A stretch of DNA of 64,000 nucleotides, from IMG/VR virus record IMGVR_UViG_3300024259_001623. One strand, 5' to 3'. The notes beneath the pieces were generated by a model. That model did no database searches. It saw only the letters and a program-made list of their open reading frames with translations, and had not been told where the DNA came from. The stretch comes from a virus (taxonomy: Duplodnaviria > Caudoviricetes). Each line of letters opens with the position of its first letter. The first letter of the stretch is position 1. Below, piece after piece: positions 16,570 to 26,506 of the stretch. Position numbers and translations under genes: made by a program.

Positions 16570-19464
16570 TTAGTTCCAGAAAGTTCCATTTACTTCAACA
16601 TTTACAGCATAGGTGTCACCAGCATAGGTGTCGCCGGTGGCACCACCATCAGCATCTCTCTTTAGGACAATAAACACAGCCGATTCCGGAAGTGATTCTG
16701 GAATACTAAAAACAAATTCAGTTTCATAAATTTGGTCAGCGGTATTCAACGTTGTAGTTGTAACATCAGTATCAATCACTTCAGTATTGGTTCCATCAAG
16801 AACCGTACCAATAAGTGCCTGGCCATAAACAAAATCAAGTGCTACATCACCCGCCGCCTCGTCACTATTAGGTGCCCATCTTATAACGAATCTCAGGGGC
16901 ATTGAGGTATCAAGTCCTGTCGGTACTGCAAATATTAAACCAAATCCATCTTCGTCTCCCTCTTCAAATTTATTCTTCTTAACCTTAAGGTTAATAATAG
17001 AACCGAAATCAACAGTATTATCTTTAGGACCGAGGCCATCTACTTCCCACGAGTTACCCAAATTAACATTCTCAATTTTGCGTTCCTGTCTTGCAGCACC
17101 AAAGAACTCCAGAAATCCGTCCGCATTTATTTCAGTTCTATTAGTATGTAATTTAAATTGTTGAAAAACAGGAGCCGTGGAGATATCAGTTGCGATTCTA
17201 AATCTCATCCAAAATCTATTACCAGTTCCAGTAGTTGGAGGATCATTTTTGATCCAATCACCAGAAATATCATCAAACCTAATCTGTTCCGAGTTAACTC
17301 TCTCAAATAATGTATTTGCATATGAACTATATGGTGCATTAGAATCAGCACTAAAATGATCAAATGCAGTCCAAGCTCCATTCCAATATTCTGCGACTAT
17401 AGACCCGCCATTTAGAACTGCCGCTGTAGCAATTGATGCCTTAATACCTAAAAAATACTTTTTATCAGAGGTAGTATTGTCATCAATATCAGAAGATACA
17501 TAAATCGCATTGTTAGCAGCAACGGCGGGAAATGTAAATGTCGATCCGGAAGCACTAGAAGCTGCGACTGATACATCTGTCCATACCGAACCAATGGCCG
17601 CAAATGTATAAACCATCATAGCTCTAGTATAACTATCTCCCTCTCCTAAGACTGTTTCACGTCCTATTTCGGGCGAGCCAACCTGGAGTTCCTCAAAGAA
17701 CAAGTGGCCTTCATCACCATCTACATCACTACTAAAATCAATCCTAACGATTTCAGGATTAACCATTGATAATTTAGTGGCTGAGAATCTACCACCATTA
17801 ATATTGATTGCTCCAGTTGTGCTCTCTTGTAGTATATCCCAAGTAGACCCATCTATAACCTGGACTAATGCCCCTTCCATACTAGAATCGACCCCTGTAT
17901 TACTAATTCTAATACTATTTGTGCACCCTTCTAAAATATAATCTTGAGAAGTGACTGAGCCACCATCATCTATATGAATACCATTAGTACAAAAAGCAGA
18001 CGCACATGTGATTGCTGAAATAGAACCGCCATCTGCAAAAATTCCGTTCGTACATAATACAGTTCCGCAAGATAATGCAGCGACTCTTCCAGAGTCAGTA
18101 GAATAAATCCCGCTTGCCGTTATACCTTCTACGGTAATATGATCTACACGAAGATTAGTTCCAACACCATCAGCATGAATTCCATTATTACCGCCGGTTA
18201 ATCTGCATCTTACTGCTTCCGCTCTATTTCCACCAGTGGCGAATATACAATCATCATTGGCTGGTCCAGTAATTCCCATATTATATAACGCGGCATCATC
18301 ATCTAAAGTGAACAATGGACTATTATCATCATTTATCCCAACCAAACAAACTTCATCATTATCTCCCTGCACGGCTACATATGATGGAACCGTCAACGGA
18401 TTTTCAGTATAAGACCCTGGCGTAACTCTAATAAGATAAGGATTAGATGCAGTAGCCTCATTCGGACCACCAGCAAATGAATTGATTTCATCAATAGCAG
18501 ACTCAATTGTTAAATATAAATCTCCACCTGTACCGGCGGTATTAGATACTATTAATTCATTTGGAATAGATACTCCACCTATTTCTATATTATTAATAAT
18601 ATTATCAATTTGAGTTTTTGTATAAAAATCAGCAAATTCAGGCTTTACAAAAATTGATCCTTCAGAAGCATCAGCATGTACAACAATCCCGATTTCAGTC
18701 ACCACATCAGGTTGAGTTGGCTTCACATTAGTCCATTCGCCTGCAACAGAAGGAGACAACCATAAACTATCTCCTTCTGTAAATAATGATGTATCAATTT
18801 CTCGAACGATTCCAAATGCAGTTACAAATCCAAAAGACCCATCTTCTATAGTATGAGTTGCAAGACCTATAGCAATCGCTGTTCCTTCGGTATCAGACTG
18901 GGCAAGTGCTATTGTTGGAGCGCCATTTATACCAAGACCAGAACCATCAGCCCCAGTAATTCTAACAGCTTGACCATCGGTAATATCTGATCCAGTATCA
19001 TTAACCACAAGAATCCACGTTTCTTGACCAACCTGTAATGTCACATCAGCCTCGCTATTATAAACAGCCAAAGCTTTTGCAGTATTATCATAAAATAACA
19101 ATCCTTCGCTATGACTAGGATCTGTAGAAAGACTAGGATTTAACTGTATACTATCATATGTATTATCTGTTTCAGTTATATCATTTATCTCTGCTGTGGT
19201 AACATAATCTTCTGGAGCAGACGCAGGAACTGATTTAGCAGCAGAATCAACTTCTTTTACTAACTCAAGAACGCCGGCACGAATAGCCAAAGGAAGTTCT
19301 TGATCTTGAGATATTTCATCGGCATCATAATATCTCAATAAATTTATTGTAGCCCCGGGTTGTATAGATGGTAATTTGAGCAAATTACCTAAACTAATCT
19401 CTCTGTTAGAAATATTTGTCAAAAACCATTTTTCTCTGTTGCTTTGATTGGTAGACTCGGCCAT
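16570..19464 (-). CDS. Fibre/spike-like virion protein with beta-helix region
   Basis: Acidic, Gly/Thr/Ala-rich; GQAVRI...IGLATHTI...GIVREIDTS fibre segment; periodic NGIHADG/SGIYSTDS/NGIFADG/NGIHIDDG beta-helix rungs. Confidence 0.65.
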   Translation of the reverse strand: MAESTNQSNREKWFLTNISNREISLGNLLKLPSIQPGATINLLRYYDADEISQDQELPLAIRAGVLELVKEVDSAAKSVPASAPEDYVTTAEINDITETDNTYDSIQLNPSLSTDPSHSEGLLFYDNTAKALAVYNSEADVTLQVGQETWILVVNDTGSDITDGQAVRITGADGSGLGINGAPTIALAQSDTEGTAIAIGLATHTIEDGSFGFVTAFGIVREIDTSLFTEGDSLWLSPSVAGEWTNVKPTQPDVVTEIGIVVHADASEGSIFVKPEFADFYTKTQIDNIINNIEIGGVSIPNELIVSNTAGTGGDLYLTIESAIDEINSFAGGPNEATASNPYLIRVTPGSYTENPLTVPSYVAVQGDNDEVCLVGINDDNSPLFTLDDDAALYNMGITGPANDDCIFATGGNRAEAVRCRLTGGNNGIHADGVGTNLRVDHITVEGITASGIYSTDSGRVAALSCGTVLCTNGIFADGGSISAITCASAFCTNGIHIDDGGSVTSQDYILEGCTNSIRISNTGVDSSMEGALVQVIDGSTWDILQESTTGAININGGRFSATKLSMVNPEIVRIDFSSDVDGDEGHLFFEELQVGSPEIGRETVLGEGDSYTRAMMVYTFAAIGSVWTDVSVAASSASGSTFTFPAVAANNAIYVSSDIDDNTTSDKKYFLGIKASIATAAVLNGGSIVAEYWNGAWTAFDHFSADSNAPYSSYANTLFERVNSEQIRFDDISGDWIKNDPPTTGTGNRFWMRFRIATDISTAPVFQQFKLHTNRTEINADGFLEFFGAARQERKIENVNLGNSWEVDGLGPKDNTVDFGSIINLKVKKNKFEEGDEDGFGLIFAVPTGLDTSMPLRFVIRWAPNSDEAAGDVALDFVYGQALIGTVLDGTNTEVIDTDVTTTTLNTADQIYETEFVFSIPESLPESAVFIVLKRDADGGATGDTYAGDTYAVNVEVNGTFWN

Positions 19465-19535
19465 TATATATCATAACTCCATATACTATATACATTTCCC
19501 CAGTTAATATTATATTTTAATAACAATAATCCTCT

Positions 19536-20078
19536 TTAATACATTATCTCGATTTCATCTTCTGTGCAGCTATCTCCTATCATCTGTATAGCCTTTTGTA
19601 TTCTTTGATGACATGCTTGTGTAGAAATACTTAATTTTTCTGACATCTCTTTATAGCTCAAATCTTCAAAAAATTTCATATGAATATCTTTTCTTTGGTC
19701 TTTACTCAAAATACTCATCTTATTATCGATAAAATCTTTGATATCTACGCTATTGTCTACTTCTGCTACCGGATGACTATCATCATTGTCTAAATTTAAT
19801 TCGCAAAATAATTCTTTTCTTCTTTTTTTAATTTTAGAAAAATAATTCAGATATGATCTATAAATAGCTACGCAGGCAAATGTGGAAAATTTATGTCCTA
19901 ATTCTTCATCAAAATTTTGAGAAGCTCTCATTAGTGCTGGCAGTCCATAATCGTATATGATTTCATCTTCAATCTCATTATTGCAATTAAATTTCTTTAA
20001 CATCTTATACAATAATCCGAAATTTTTTACTACTGTTCTCCATTCTTTTTCAGTTATTTTTTTCATATTATGCCTCAA
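19536..20078 (-). CDS. Sigma70-family RNA polymerase sigma factor (regions 2 and 4 only)
   Basis: ALMRASQNFDEELGHKFSTFA (region 2) and LSYKEMSEKLSISTQACHQRIQKA (region 4 HTH). Confidence 0.85.
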   Translation of the reverse strand: MRHNMKKITEKEWRTVVKNFGLLYKMLKKFNCNNEIEDEIIYDYGLPALMRASQNFDEELGHKFSTFACVAIYRSYLNYFSKIKKRRKELFCELNLDNDDSHPVAEVDNSVDIKDFIDNKMSILSKDQRKDIHMKFFEDLSYKEMSEKLSISTQACHQRIQKAIQMIGDSCTEDEIEIMY

Positions 20079-20181
20079 TTAAAAAGTAGACCTTTACATC
20101 ATTATGTTCTATTATGATTAAATAAAACCTACAAAAATATATAAGTTTTAAGGTCTAATAACCAGGCGAAGACATGTTCAT

Positions 20182-21012
20182 TTAAGAAGCAAAAATAAAG
20201 TCATGATGTTCTGTAACTGCCATCTCAGAAGCGGTAGATATTATTTTTTTCAGATCACAATCATAAAAACCAGATGTGCTAAAAGCATTTAATTCTAATA
20301 AATATTTCTTTCCATTACTCTCACATACATCCATTGTATATGTCTTGTCTGGATGCCACACAGCCCCCTCAACGAGCCTTCTAACGTAGTCCCACTCAGG
20401 AGAACCTTCTTTGCTTAATTCCATTTCTACAGAACCATTATCTTTATACATAGAACCAGTAATAACCTCTGTATCGGTTACAACAAATCTCCATTCTCTG
20501 TCTATCTTTTTAGGACTTGACACTACAACCAAAAGTTCTGGAGAATCTTCAGATACAAAACTCAACATACTTTCATTCAATCCATCAAGAGAAATTACTT
20601 CTCCATCGAATTCTTTGTATCCGCTACTTGGTCTGACAAAAATCTTATTGTCTTCTCCAAAATTCTCAAAAATATATTCCTTTCTTCTAATCAACTCTTG
20701 AAGAGGAATCATAATATAATCTTGGTTGAATAAATGTTTTCCCCAATACGTATAATATTTAAAGCATTCGAAATTAGCCAACGTACACCATCCACAAGGA
20801 ATCCAATTCTTTTCTCGAAGTAATCTCCTCATGAATCTTAGACTTCCGTAAAAGATCACACAGCTATAACCAGGGAAAAGATTATAATTATGAGATTGAA
20901 AATCTTTTAAATTCACCAAATCATAAGACATGCCTTGGTTATTGATCTCTTTCTTGAATTCTTCTATATTCTCGTCAAATACATCTTCTTCTAATATCCA
21001 ATTTGCTTTCAT
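20182..21012 (-). CDS. ATP-grasp protein (DUF4343/R2K-like)
   Basis: IFVRPSSGYKEFDG, REWRFVV, YTMDV, LLELNAFSTSGFY. Confidence 0.8.
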   Translation of the reverse strand: MKANWILEEDVFDENIEEFKKEINNQGMSYDLVNLKDFQSHNYNLFPGYSCVIFYGSLRFMRRLLREKNWIPCGWCTLANFECFKYYTYWGKHLFNQDYIMIPLQELIRRKEYIFENFGEDNKIFVRPSSGYKEFDGEVISLDGLNESMLSFVSEDSPELLVVVSSPKKIDREWRFVVTDTEVITGSMYKDNGSVEMELSKEGSPEWDYVRRLVEGAVWHPDKTYTMDVCESNGKKYLLELNAFSTSGFYDCDLKKIISTASEMAVTEHHDFIFAS

Positions 21013-21111
21013 AATCTTGTCTCAGTAAACCGCTTCCCTTGGAAAGAGTAGTTTTGCTAAAATTAATATTTTCTTAAAGGTTTTTCTTATATATTACGAT
21101 AAGTTACATAT

Positions 21112-22236
21112 ATGAAGATAACTCGTACAATTAAACTTAAACTCAATATACCTGAATCGGAAATACTATCCACTGTTCAAGCATATACAAAAGCATATAA
21201 CCTTATATGTCAACAAGGTTGGCAAGATAAAGACTACAATGCTATATCTCTACACCACAAAACATATAAAAATGTTAGAAAACAATTTAATCTTCCTGCT
21301 CAACTAGCTATTTCAGCAAGGACAAAAGCAACTGAAAGCCTTAAATCTGTTAGATCTAGAATTATTAAAAAACAAAAAGCTACTCAACCAAATTCTAAAC
21401 AATGTTCAATCAGATACGACAAAAACTCTATTACTATCTGGTTTGACAAAGAAAAAATTTCTCTTCTTACTGTTAATGGAAGAAAGAAATATTCTATCCG
21501 AGTGCCAGATTATTTTAAACAGTATATTACTTGGAATAAATGTTCTGCTGAACTTATGATCAGAAACCATACTGTTTTTCTTAATATTACAGTTTCTACA
21601 GAAAAAACTGATATTCCTCAAACAGATACTTATGTAGGAATAGATCGTGGTATCAAAAAGATAGCAGTAACATCTGAAAAACAATTTTTTAATGGATCTC
21701 AAATTAAAAGAATTACAGATAAATATGAAAAAAATAAAAGTAAACTTCAAAGCAAAGGAACTAAATCTGCCAAAAGACACCTTAAAAAACTTTCTAAAAA
21801 GGTTAACCGTTTTCGCAGAGATGTAAATCATTGTATTGCTAAACAAATTGTAAAATCTGTAAAACCAGGAAGTACTATTATTCTCGAAGATTTGGCTGGT
21901 ATTCGTCAAAATGTCAGATTGAGGAAGAAACAAAGAACAGAACTAAATAAATGGAACTTTTACCAGTTTGAACAGTTCTTGAAATATAAAGCAGAAGAAA
22001 AAGGTATTAAAGTAGAACATGTTTCTGCCAGATATACTTCTCAAAAATGTAGTAAGTGCGGTTATATTTCTCGTTCTAATCGTAAGAGTCAGTCTCAGTT
22101 TAAATGTACAAAATGTTCTTATCAATTAAATGCAGATTTAAATGCTGCTTTTAATATTAAGAAAAATTACTTAGACAGTATATCTTATCTAGGTAGGGTT
22201 GTAGTCAATCAACCTATTGTAACATCGTCAGTATGA
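21112..22236 (+). CDS. tnpB: IS200/IS605-family TnpB RNA-guided endonuclease
   Basis: RuvC-I VGIDRG, RuvC-II ILEDL, zinc finger CSKC...CTKC, RuvC-III NADLNAA; catalytic D/E/D intact. Confidence 0.95.
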   Translation: MKITRTIKLKLNIPESEILSTVQAYTKAYNLICQQGWQDKDYNAISLHHKTYKNVRKQFNLPAQLAISARTKATESLKSVRSRIIKKQKATQPNSKQCSIRYDKNSITIWFDKEKISLLTVNGRKKYSIRVPDYFKQYITWNKCSAELMIRNHTVFLNITVSTEKTDIPQTDTYVGIDRGIKKIAVTSEKQFFNGSQIKRITDKYEKNKSKLQSKGTKSAKRHLKKLSKKVNRFRRDVNHCIAKQIVKSVKPGSTIILEDLAGIRQNVRLRKKQRTELNKWNFYQFEQFLKYKAEEKGIKVEHVSARYTSQKCSKCGYISRSNRKSQSQFKCTKCSYQLNADLNAAFNIKKNYLDSISYLGRVVVNQPIVTSSV

Positions 22237-22274
22237 CGATAGTTACAAGTCTCCACTTTTAAGAGGTAATTGAC
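21112..22274 (+). mobile_element. Solo tnpB IS200/IS605 derivative (no tnpA); right end TTGAC at 22270-22274
   Basis: 3' end ...GTTACAAGTCTCCACTTTTAAGAGGTAATTGAC resembles IS605-type right ends; left end not identifiable. Confidence 0.7.
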
Positions 22275-22294
22275 AATATATTATACCGAAGTTA
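22190..22294 (+). ncRNA. Putative TnpB omega-RNA (scaffold to 22274 plus guide; 5' limit uncertain)
   Basis: Hairpins GGTTG/CAACC and TTGTAAC-ATCGTCA-GTA-TGACGAT-A-GTTACAA; GTCAA (22204-22208) is complementary to terminal TTGAC (pseudoknot). Confidence 0.65.
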
Positions 22295-22307
22295 TTTTTA
22301 ACAGGCA

Positions 22308-22341
22308 ATAAAAAAGCCACGCAAAAACGTGACTTTTTATT
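22308..22341 (-). terminator. Intrinsic terminator, possibly bidirectional
   Basis: Minus strand AATAAAAAGTCACG-TTTTTG-CGTGGCTTTTTTATT between convergent genes. Confidence 0.75.
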
Positions 22342-22359
22342 AAAATCAAATATTTATTT

Positions 22360-22737
22360 TTAAAATACTGCTTTAACGATATCTGGATACAATTCCATTA
22401 ATCGCAAGAAATCTTCGATACCTTGGCCCCATTCTGAAGACGCATAAAACTGATCTTCAACCCCAGTATTAGGAGGAACGAGTTTAACGAAATTACGAGC
22501 AATGAATCCTTTTAATTGTTCCATCCAATTCTCAGATTGCATAATACTTTGTAATTCTGCATCTAATTCAGGAAAATTCCTAGATTCTAATTTTAATAAT
22601 TCCAAAGCATCTACCAAAGCATTAGCATTTTCATCTTCTACTTCGGGCTGATTATCTTCTTGGAACTCATAATAATCTCGCTCCATTTGTTGATCACCAA
22701 AACTATCATAATATTGTGCGGTTTTTATTCTTTTCAT
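22360..22737 (-). CDS. Hypothetical acidic protein with N-terminal IKTAQ motif
   Basis: MKRIKTAQYYD...; GGAG RBS. Confidence 0.7.
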   Translation of the reverse strand: MKRIKTAQYYDSFGDQQMERDYYEFQEDNQPEVEDENANALVDALELLKLESRNFPELDAELQSIMQSENWMEQLKGFIARNFVKLVPPNTGVEDQFYASSEWGQGIEDFLRLMELYPDIVKAVF

Positions 22738-22749
22738 TTTATCTCCTAT

Positions 22750-24243
22750 TTACATTTTATTGGCTTTTTCAGCTTGCTTAATCCAATCTTCCAAGGATAT
22801 ATTCATTCTTTTCTGCATTTGTTCATCTAATTCCTTCCGAATATCTTTTCTCCAACCAAAAGGAAAAATACCAGAATATCTGTATTCTACTTCTTTTTCA
22901 TATTCTTCCATAGCTTTTTCATATTCTTCATCATCTTCATAATCTGGCTCATATGGATATACAAGATCTGATTCTAGACTATCTAGATAATCGACATCTA
23001 GATAATCGACATCTAATGCTTTATTAAGCTCAAATAATAACATATCTATCCCTTCATCTTCTTCATCTACAGCCAAACGTACAATAATTTCTCCTAGTCC
23101 GCTATCTCCATCATATCCACCTTTACTACTCATTTGTTGAACCATATCATAAGCATTTTCATATGCCTGTGCAACAAACTGTATCTTGTTAGTATCAGTC
23201 TCTTTCTTCAAACCATATTCATCAAATTCCCCTTGGGATAAAAACTTATATGCATTTTCCCACTCTTCTATAACAGTACTTATACTTGTCCATGTCAAAT
23301 TAGATGATGCAAAGAAATCAGCAGGATCTACTTCTTCTTGCGACACAGAAGGAGAATTATCATCACTTGCTATCCAATGTCTAATAATATCTTTATATTC
23401 ATCTTTAGGCTCAGAATTAGATTTTCCATATATTTGTTTTATATATTTTCCCGTTTCATCTATTTCTATTGTGACATGAGGATTATTATCAGGATCCCTT
23501 AAAGAATATATAACCGATATACCTTCGGATACAGGACCACAGTAGCCACCAACACAATTGTCCATCTTGTTACCTTCAGCTTCCAAATCATTTTTAGATT
23601 GAACATCTTGAATAGTCCAACCATGCCACTCTTTTATATCTCTGCCCTCGGCATCTTTCCAAAATGGCCCCCAAACGACCTCACGATCTTTAGGATCATA
23701 TTCTCCTTCACCTTTAAAAGCAGTAGCATGCCATTCTGCTGACGCATCCAAAGCCCTATCTAAAGTATAACTATTCAAATCAGGCAATTCTTGTCTATAC
23801 CAGTCCAACATATTACGAATTTCATTTCCTCTGGGATGAGCAGCTTCCCGGTTAAACAAAAATAATTTTATTCTTCTTACATCTTCTTGATTATATATTT
23901 TTCCTTTTAACCCTAAATATTTATAAATTTCTAAAGAAAACCATCTTACAAAACGATCTAAAATATTTCCATACCCTATAACTGATGCTGCAAAATTCTT
24001 AGCCATATTAGTCAAATCTTTTTCCCAAGGACTTTTCCCTGTTTCTTCTGATTGATTAGCTATATTCTGTAATTCAACGAGAGTGATTTGAGGATTTTTT
24101 CTAGCTTCATTTGTTAATATATTAGCAATATTATTATTTGACACATCAAATGACATGATAAAATCTACGATATTTTGTGGCAGATTAAGTGTTGATAAAA
24201 AATCAATCCTACCAGCAGCTATGCATATTTTATACCAGTTCAT
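22750..24243 (-). CDS. PcfJ-like domain protein with MNWYK N-terminus
   Basis: DLEAEGNKMDNCVGGY...IYSLRD...PHVTIE...IKQIYGKSN PcfJ pattern; acidic C-terminus. Confidence 0.7.
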   Translation of the reverse strand: MNWYKICIAAGRIDFLSTLNLPQNIVDFIMSFDVSNNNIANILTNEARKNPQITLVELQNIANQSEETGKSPWEKDLTNMAKNFAASVIGYGNILDRFVRWFSLEIYKYLGLKGKIYNQEDVRRIKLFLFNREAAHPRGNEIRNMLDWYRQELPDLNSYTLDRALDASAEWHATAFKGEGEYDPKDREVVWGPFWKDAEGRDIKEWHGWTIQDVQSKNDLEAEGNKMDNCVGGYCGPVSEGISVIYSLRDPDNNPHVTIEIDETGKYIKQIYGKSNSEPKDEYKDIIRHWIASDDNSPSVSQEEVDPADFFASSNLTWTSISTVIEEWENAYKFLSQGEFDEYGLKKETDTNKIQFVAQAYENAYDMVQQMSSKGGYDGDSGLGEIIVRLAVDEEDEGIDMLLFELNKALDVDYLDVDYLDSLESDLVYPYEPDYEDDEEYEKAMEEYEKEVEYRYSGIFPFGWRKDIRKELDEQMQKRMNISLEDWIKQAEKANKM

Positions 24244-24281
24244 AAAAATCTACCTTAATATATAAAATACATTTAAATAAT

Positions 24282-26372
24282 CTATTTTCCTTCAATTCTC
24301 TCTAATATCTTTTTACATCTCTTAGAAGGATCTTTAGTTAAAAAAGCTGCCTTTTTCCCAAAGTAGTAAGGAACAACAAAATCGAATTGTTCTTTTGTTA
24401 TATCAATAATTTCTTTGTTATATTCTGCCCACCAATGTGAAACACCATCTTCCAAAGTATATCTCTTTATTTTTATATCATATTTCTCTTTCAATATATG
24501 ATATAAAGATTCAGTAGCTATATAACAAGCACCATGAATAGGAGTATCACCTTGATATTCTTTCTTTATTAAATCAAAACTTAATACTTTCTTTATCTGA
24601 TCACAAATATCTATAATTTCTTTTTTTTCACAAAAATTAATCTTTGTTAAATTATAAACCCATTTCTTTTTTCCACAATCCCATATAACATACATTCTTC
24701 TCGAATTATTCCAATCTACGATAGTCATCCCCTCCGGCCTGTTTTTATTAGTCTGTCTTTGAGATTGCTTATTACAATACTTCTGTTTTTTATGATCATA
24801 ATAAAAATAACTTGGTGGATATTCTTTCTCTAAAGAAAAATCTAAAACACTATAAATATTCCCCTCAGAAAAAATATTGTCAGACCAACTAATAATATTA
24901 TCATAACCAGATTTTATAGACCACTCCCTGAAATATTTAAATAATTTACTAGAGCCACCTTGAACCGTTACACCATCCTTAAAAACCAACCTGGTCAAAA
25001 TACAAGCCTTCTTATCTCCACCACGCTCATGATGCTTGCCTGCCGTCATAACCCCTACAGTATCTCCATTATATACTAAATTAAAATATTTAATTGTTCC
25101 TCTTGGAGTTCCCTGTATATGATATTTCTCAATAAAATCATCAGAGTTACTATGAGATATTATACATTTACGAGCAGCAATCTTTTTCTTATTTAAACCA
25201 AAAACAGATTTTAAATATGTCTTAACCTGGTTCTCTCTTTGTAAATAAGTATGTTCAAAAACATGAACCAATCTATAACCCTTTTCATTACATAATCTAG
25301 TCTTTTCTATGTGCGTTTTCTTAGCTTTTTCACGAGAGAGGTTAGCCTCAGAATGCCAAAAACTACCATTAAATTCTACAGCAACTTTTTTATCCTTATC
25401 TACTATATCTAATTCTAGCGGAGTAATTATAGAACGATCATTAAACGAGACATTAGATCCTTCCTCTTTTAACCAGTCGTACAATTCTTTCTGTTTTTGT
25501 TGTGTAGGAAAAGTATATGTAGAATAATATCTATCCCTAAATTCATCCTTTAATAAAGCGGCAGTTGCACTTTGATAATTTAAATCAAAGTCTTCACAAA
25601 CTTTTTTTAAAGAATTTTTCAACAATTTATCCCAAAAATCTTGTCCTCTTAAAGTATTAACTAAATCATAATGACCTGCCTCATTTATGCCTATAGTGAT
25701 ATTAAAATTATGTTGAGTTTTATTTTTTATATCTTTATTTTGTTGAGGATTTTTACAACCATATTTTTGCATATTAGTATTTTCTATTTTTTTTCGAATC
25801 TCTTTATTTTTGAGAGGATTATCTACTCCATATCTCTCTACATTTGTCTGTTTCATTTTTTCTTTTATATCTTCACTTTTTAAAGGATGATCTACACCAT
25901 ATTTTTTAATATTAGTTTTTTTAATTTTATCTTTAATCTCTTCTGACTGAAAAGGATTTTCAACACCGTACCTTTTCAAATTTGTTTTTTTAATTTTATC
26001 CTTATTTTCTTTAGATAATCTAACATTAGAAATTTTCTTAGCTATTTCTTTATTTTGACTTGCATATTCAGATCCGTACTTCTCTTTAATCTTTTTTTTA
26101 GCTTTTTTTCTAATTTCAGGATCAGAAAATGGAGAACATTGTTTCTTCATTTCTTTTATTTTACACTCTTTATGACAAGCTGATCCTGATTTTATAAAAA
26201 ACCCTTTCCTAACTTTATGCTGTTTTCCACAAAATCTACAAATAGCAATAACAAATTTACTTGATGAATTACCTAAAGTGTCAGGATCATATCCAAACTC
26301 TTTTATAGTTTCTTCTTTTAAAATCTTTGATTTAAAATTAAATATCTTACGTTCTTTCATTTTTATCCTCAT
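24282..26372 (-). CDS. Homing endonuclease-like protein (zinc ribbon, KYGV-x-NP repeats, PD-(D/E)xK-like nuclease) with extra C-terminal domain
   Basis: CRFC/CHKEC; five TNxxRYGVxNP-type repeats; LELDI...AVEFNGSFWH; C-terminal GACYIATE...HWW...DIT. Confidence 0.75.
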   Translation of the reverse strand: MRIKMKERKIFNFKSKILKEETIKEFGYDPDTLGNSSSKFVIAICRFCGKQHKVRKGFFIKSGSACHKECKIKEMKKQCSPFSDPEIRKKAKKKIKEKYGSEYASQNKEIAKKISNVRLSKENKDKIKKTNLKRYGVENPFQSEEIKDKIKKTNIKKYGVDHPLKSEDIKEKMKQTNVERYGVDNPLKNKEIRKKIENTNMQKYGCKNPQQNKDIKNKTQHNFNITIGINEAGHYDLVNTLRGQDFWDKLLKNSLKKVCEDFDLNYQSATAALLKDEFRDRYYSTYTFPTQQKQKELYDWLKEEGSNVSFNDRSIITPLELDIVDKDKKVAVEFNGSFWHSEANLSREKAKKTHIEKTRLCNEKGYRLVHVFEHTYLQRENQVKTYLKSVFGLNKKKIAARKCIISHSNSDDFIEKYHIQGTPRGTIKYFNLVYNGDTVGVMTAGKHHERGGDKKACILTRLVFKDGVTVQGGSSKLFKYFREWSIKSGYDNIISWSDNIFSEGNIYSVLDFSLEKEYPPSYFYYDHKKQKYCNKQSQRQTNKNRPEGMTIVDWNNSRRMYVIWDCGKKKWVYNLTKINFCEKKEIIDICDQIKKVLSFDLIKKEYQGDTPIHGACYIATESLYHILKEKYDIKIKRYTLEDGVSHWWAEYNKEIIDITKEQFDFVVPYYFGKKAAFLTKDPSKRCKKILERIEGK

Positions 26373-26451
26373 AATCCATATATAATATCAACAATTATGT
26401 TCACTATTATATACGAAGAACTCGGGATAGTCCCTTCTATAATATAAGTAC

Positions 26452-26488
26452 AAAAAAAAGAGAGAGCCATAGGCTCTCTCTCTTTTTT
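26452..26488 (-). terminator. Strong intrinsic terminator after the major capsid gene
   Basis: AGAGAGAGCC-TAT-GGCTCTCTCT stem flanked by A and T tracts. Confidence 0.9.
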
Positions 26489-26506
26489 AAAAAACTAATT
26501 ACTAAC

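Noticed and set aside
22275-22294. Self-targeting of the TnpB guide to promoter-like sites at 5092-5106 and 26405-26418
   Set aside because: Only partial matches of AT-rich sequence (TATATTATA; TATTATA..CGAAG) with no consistent upstream TAM; likely chance or shared promoter consensus.
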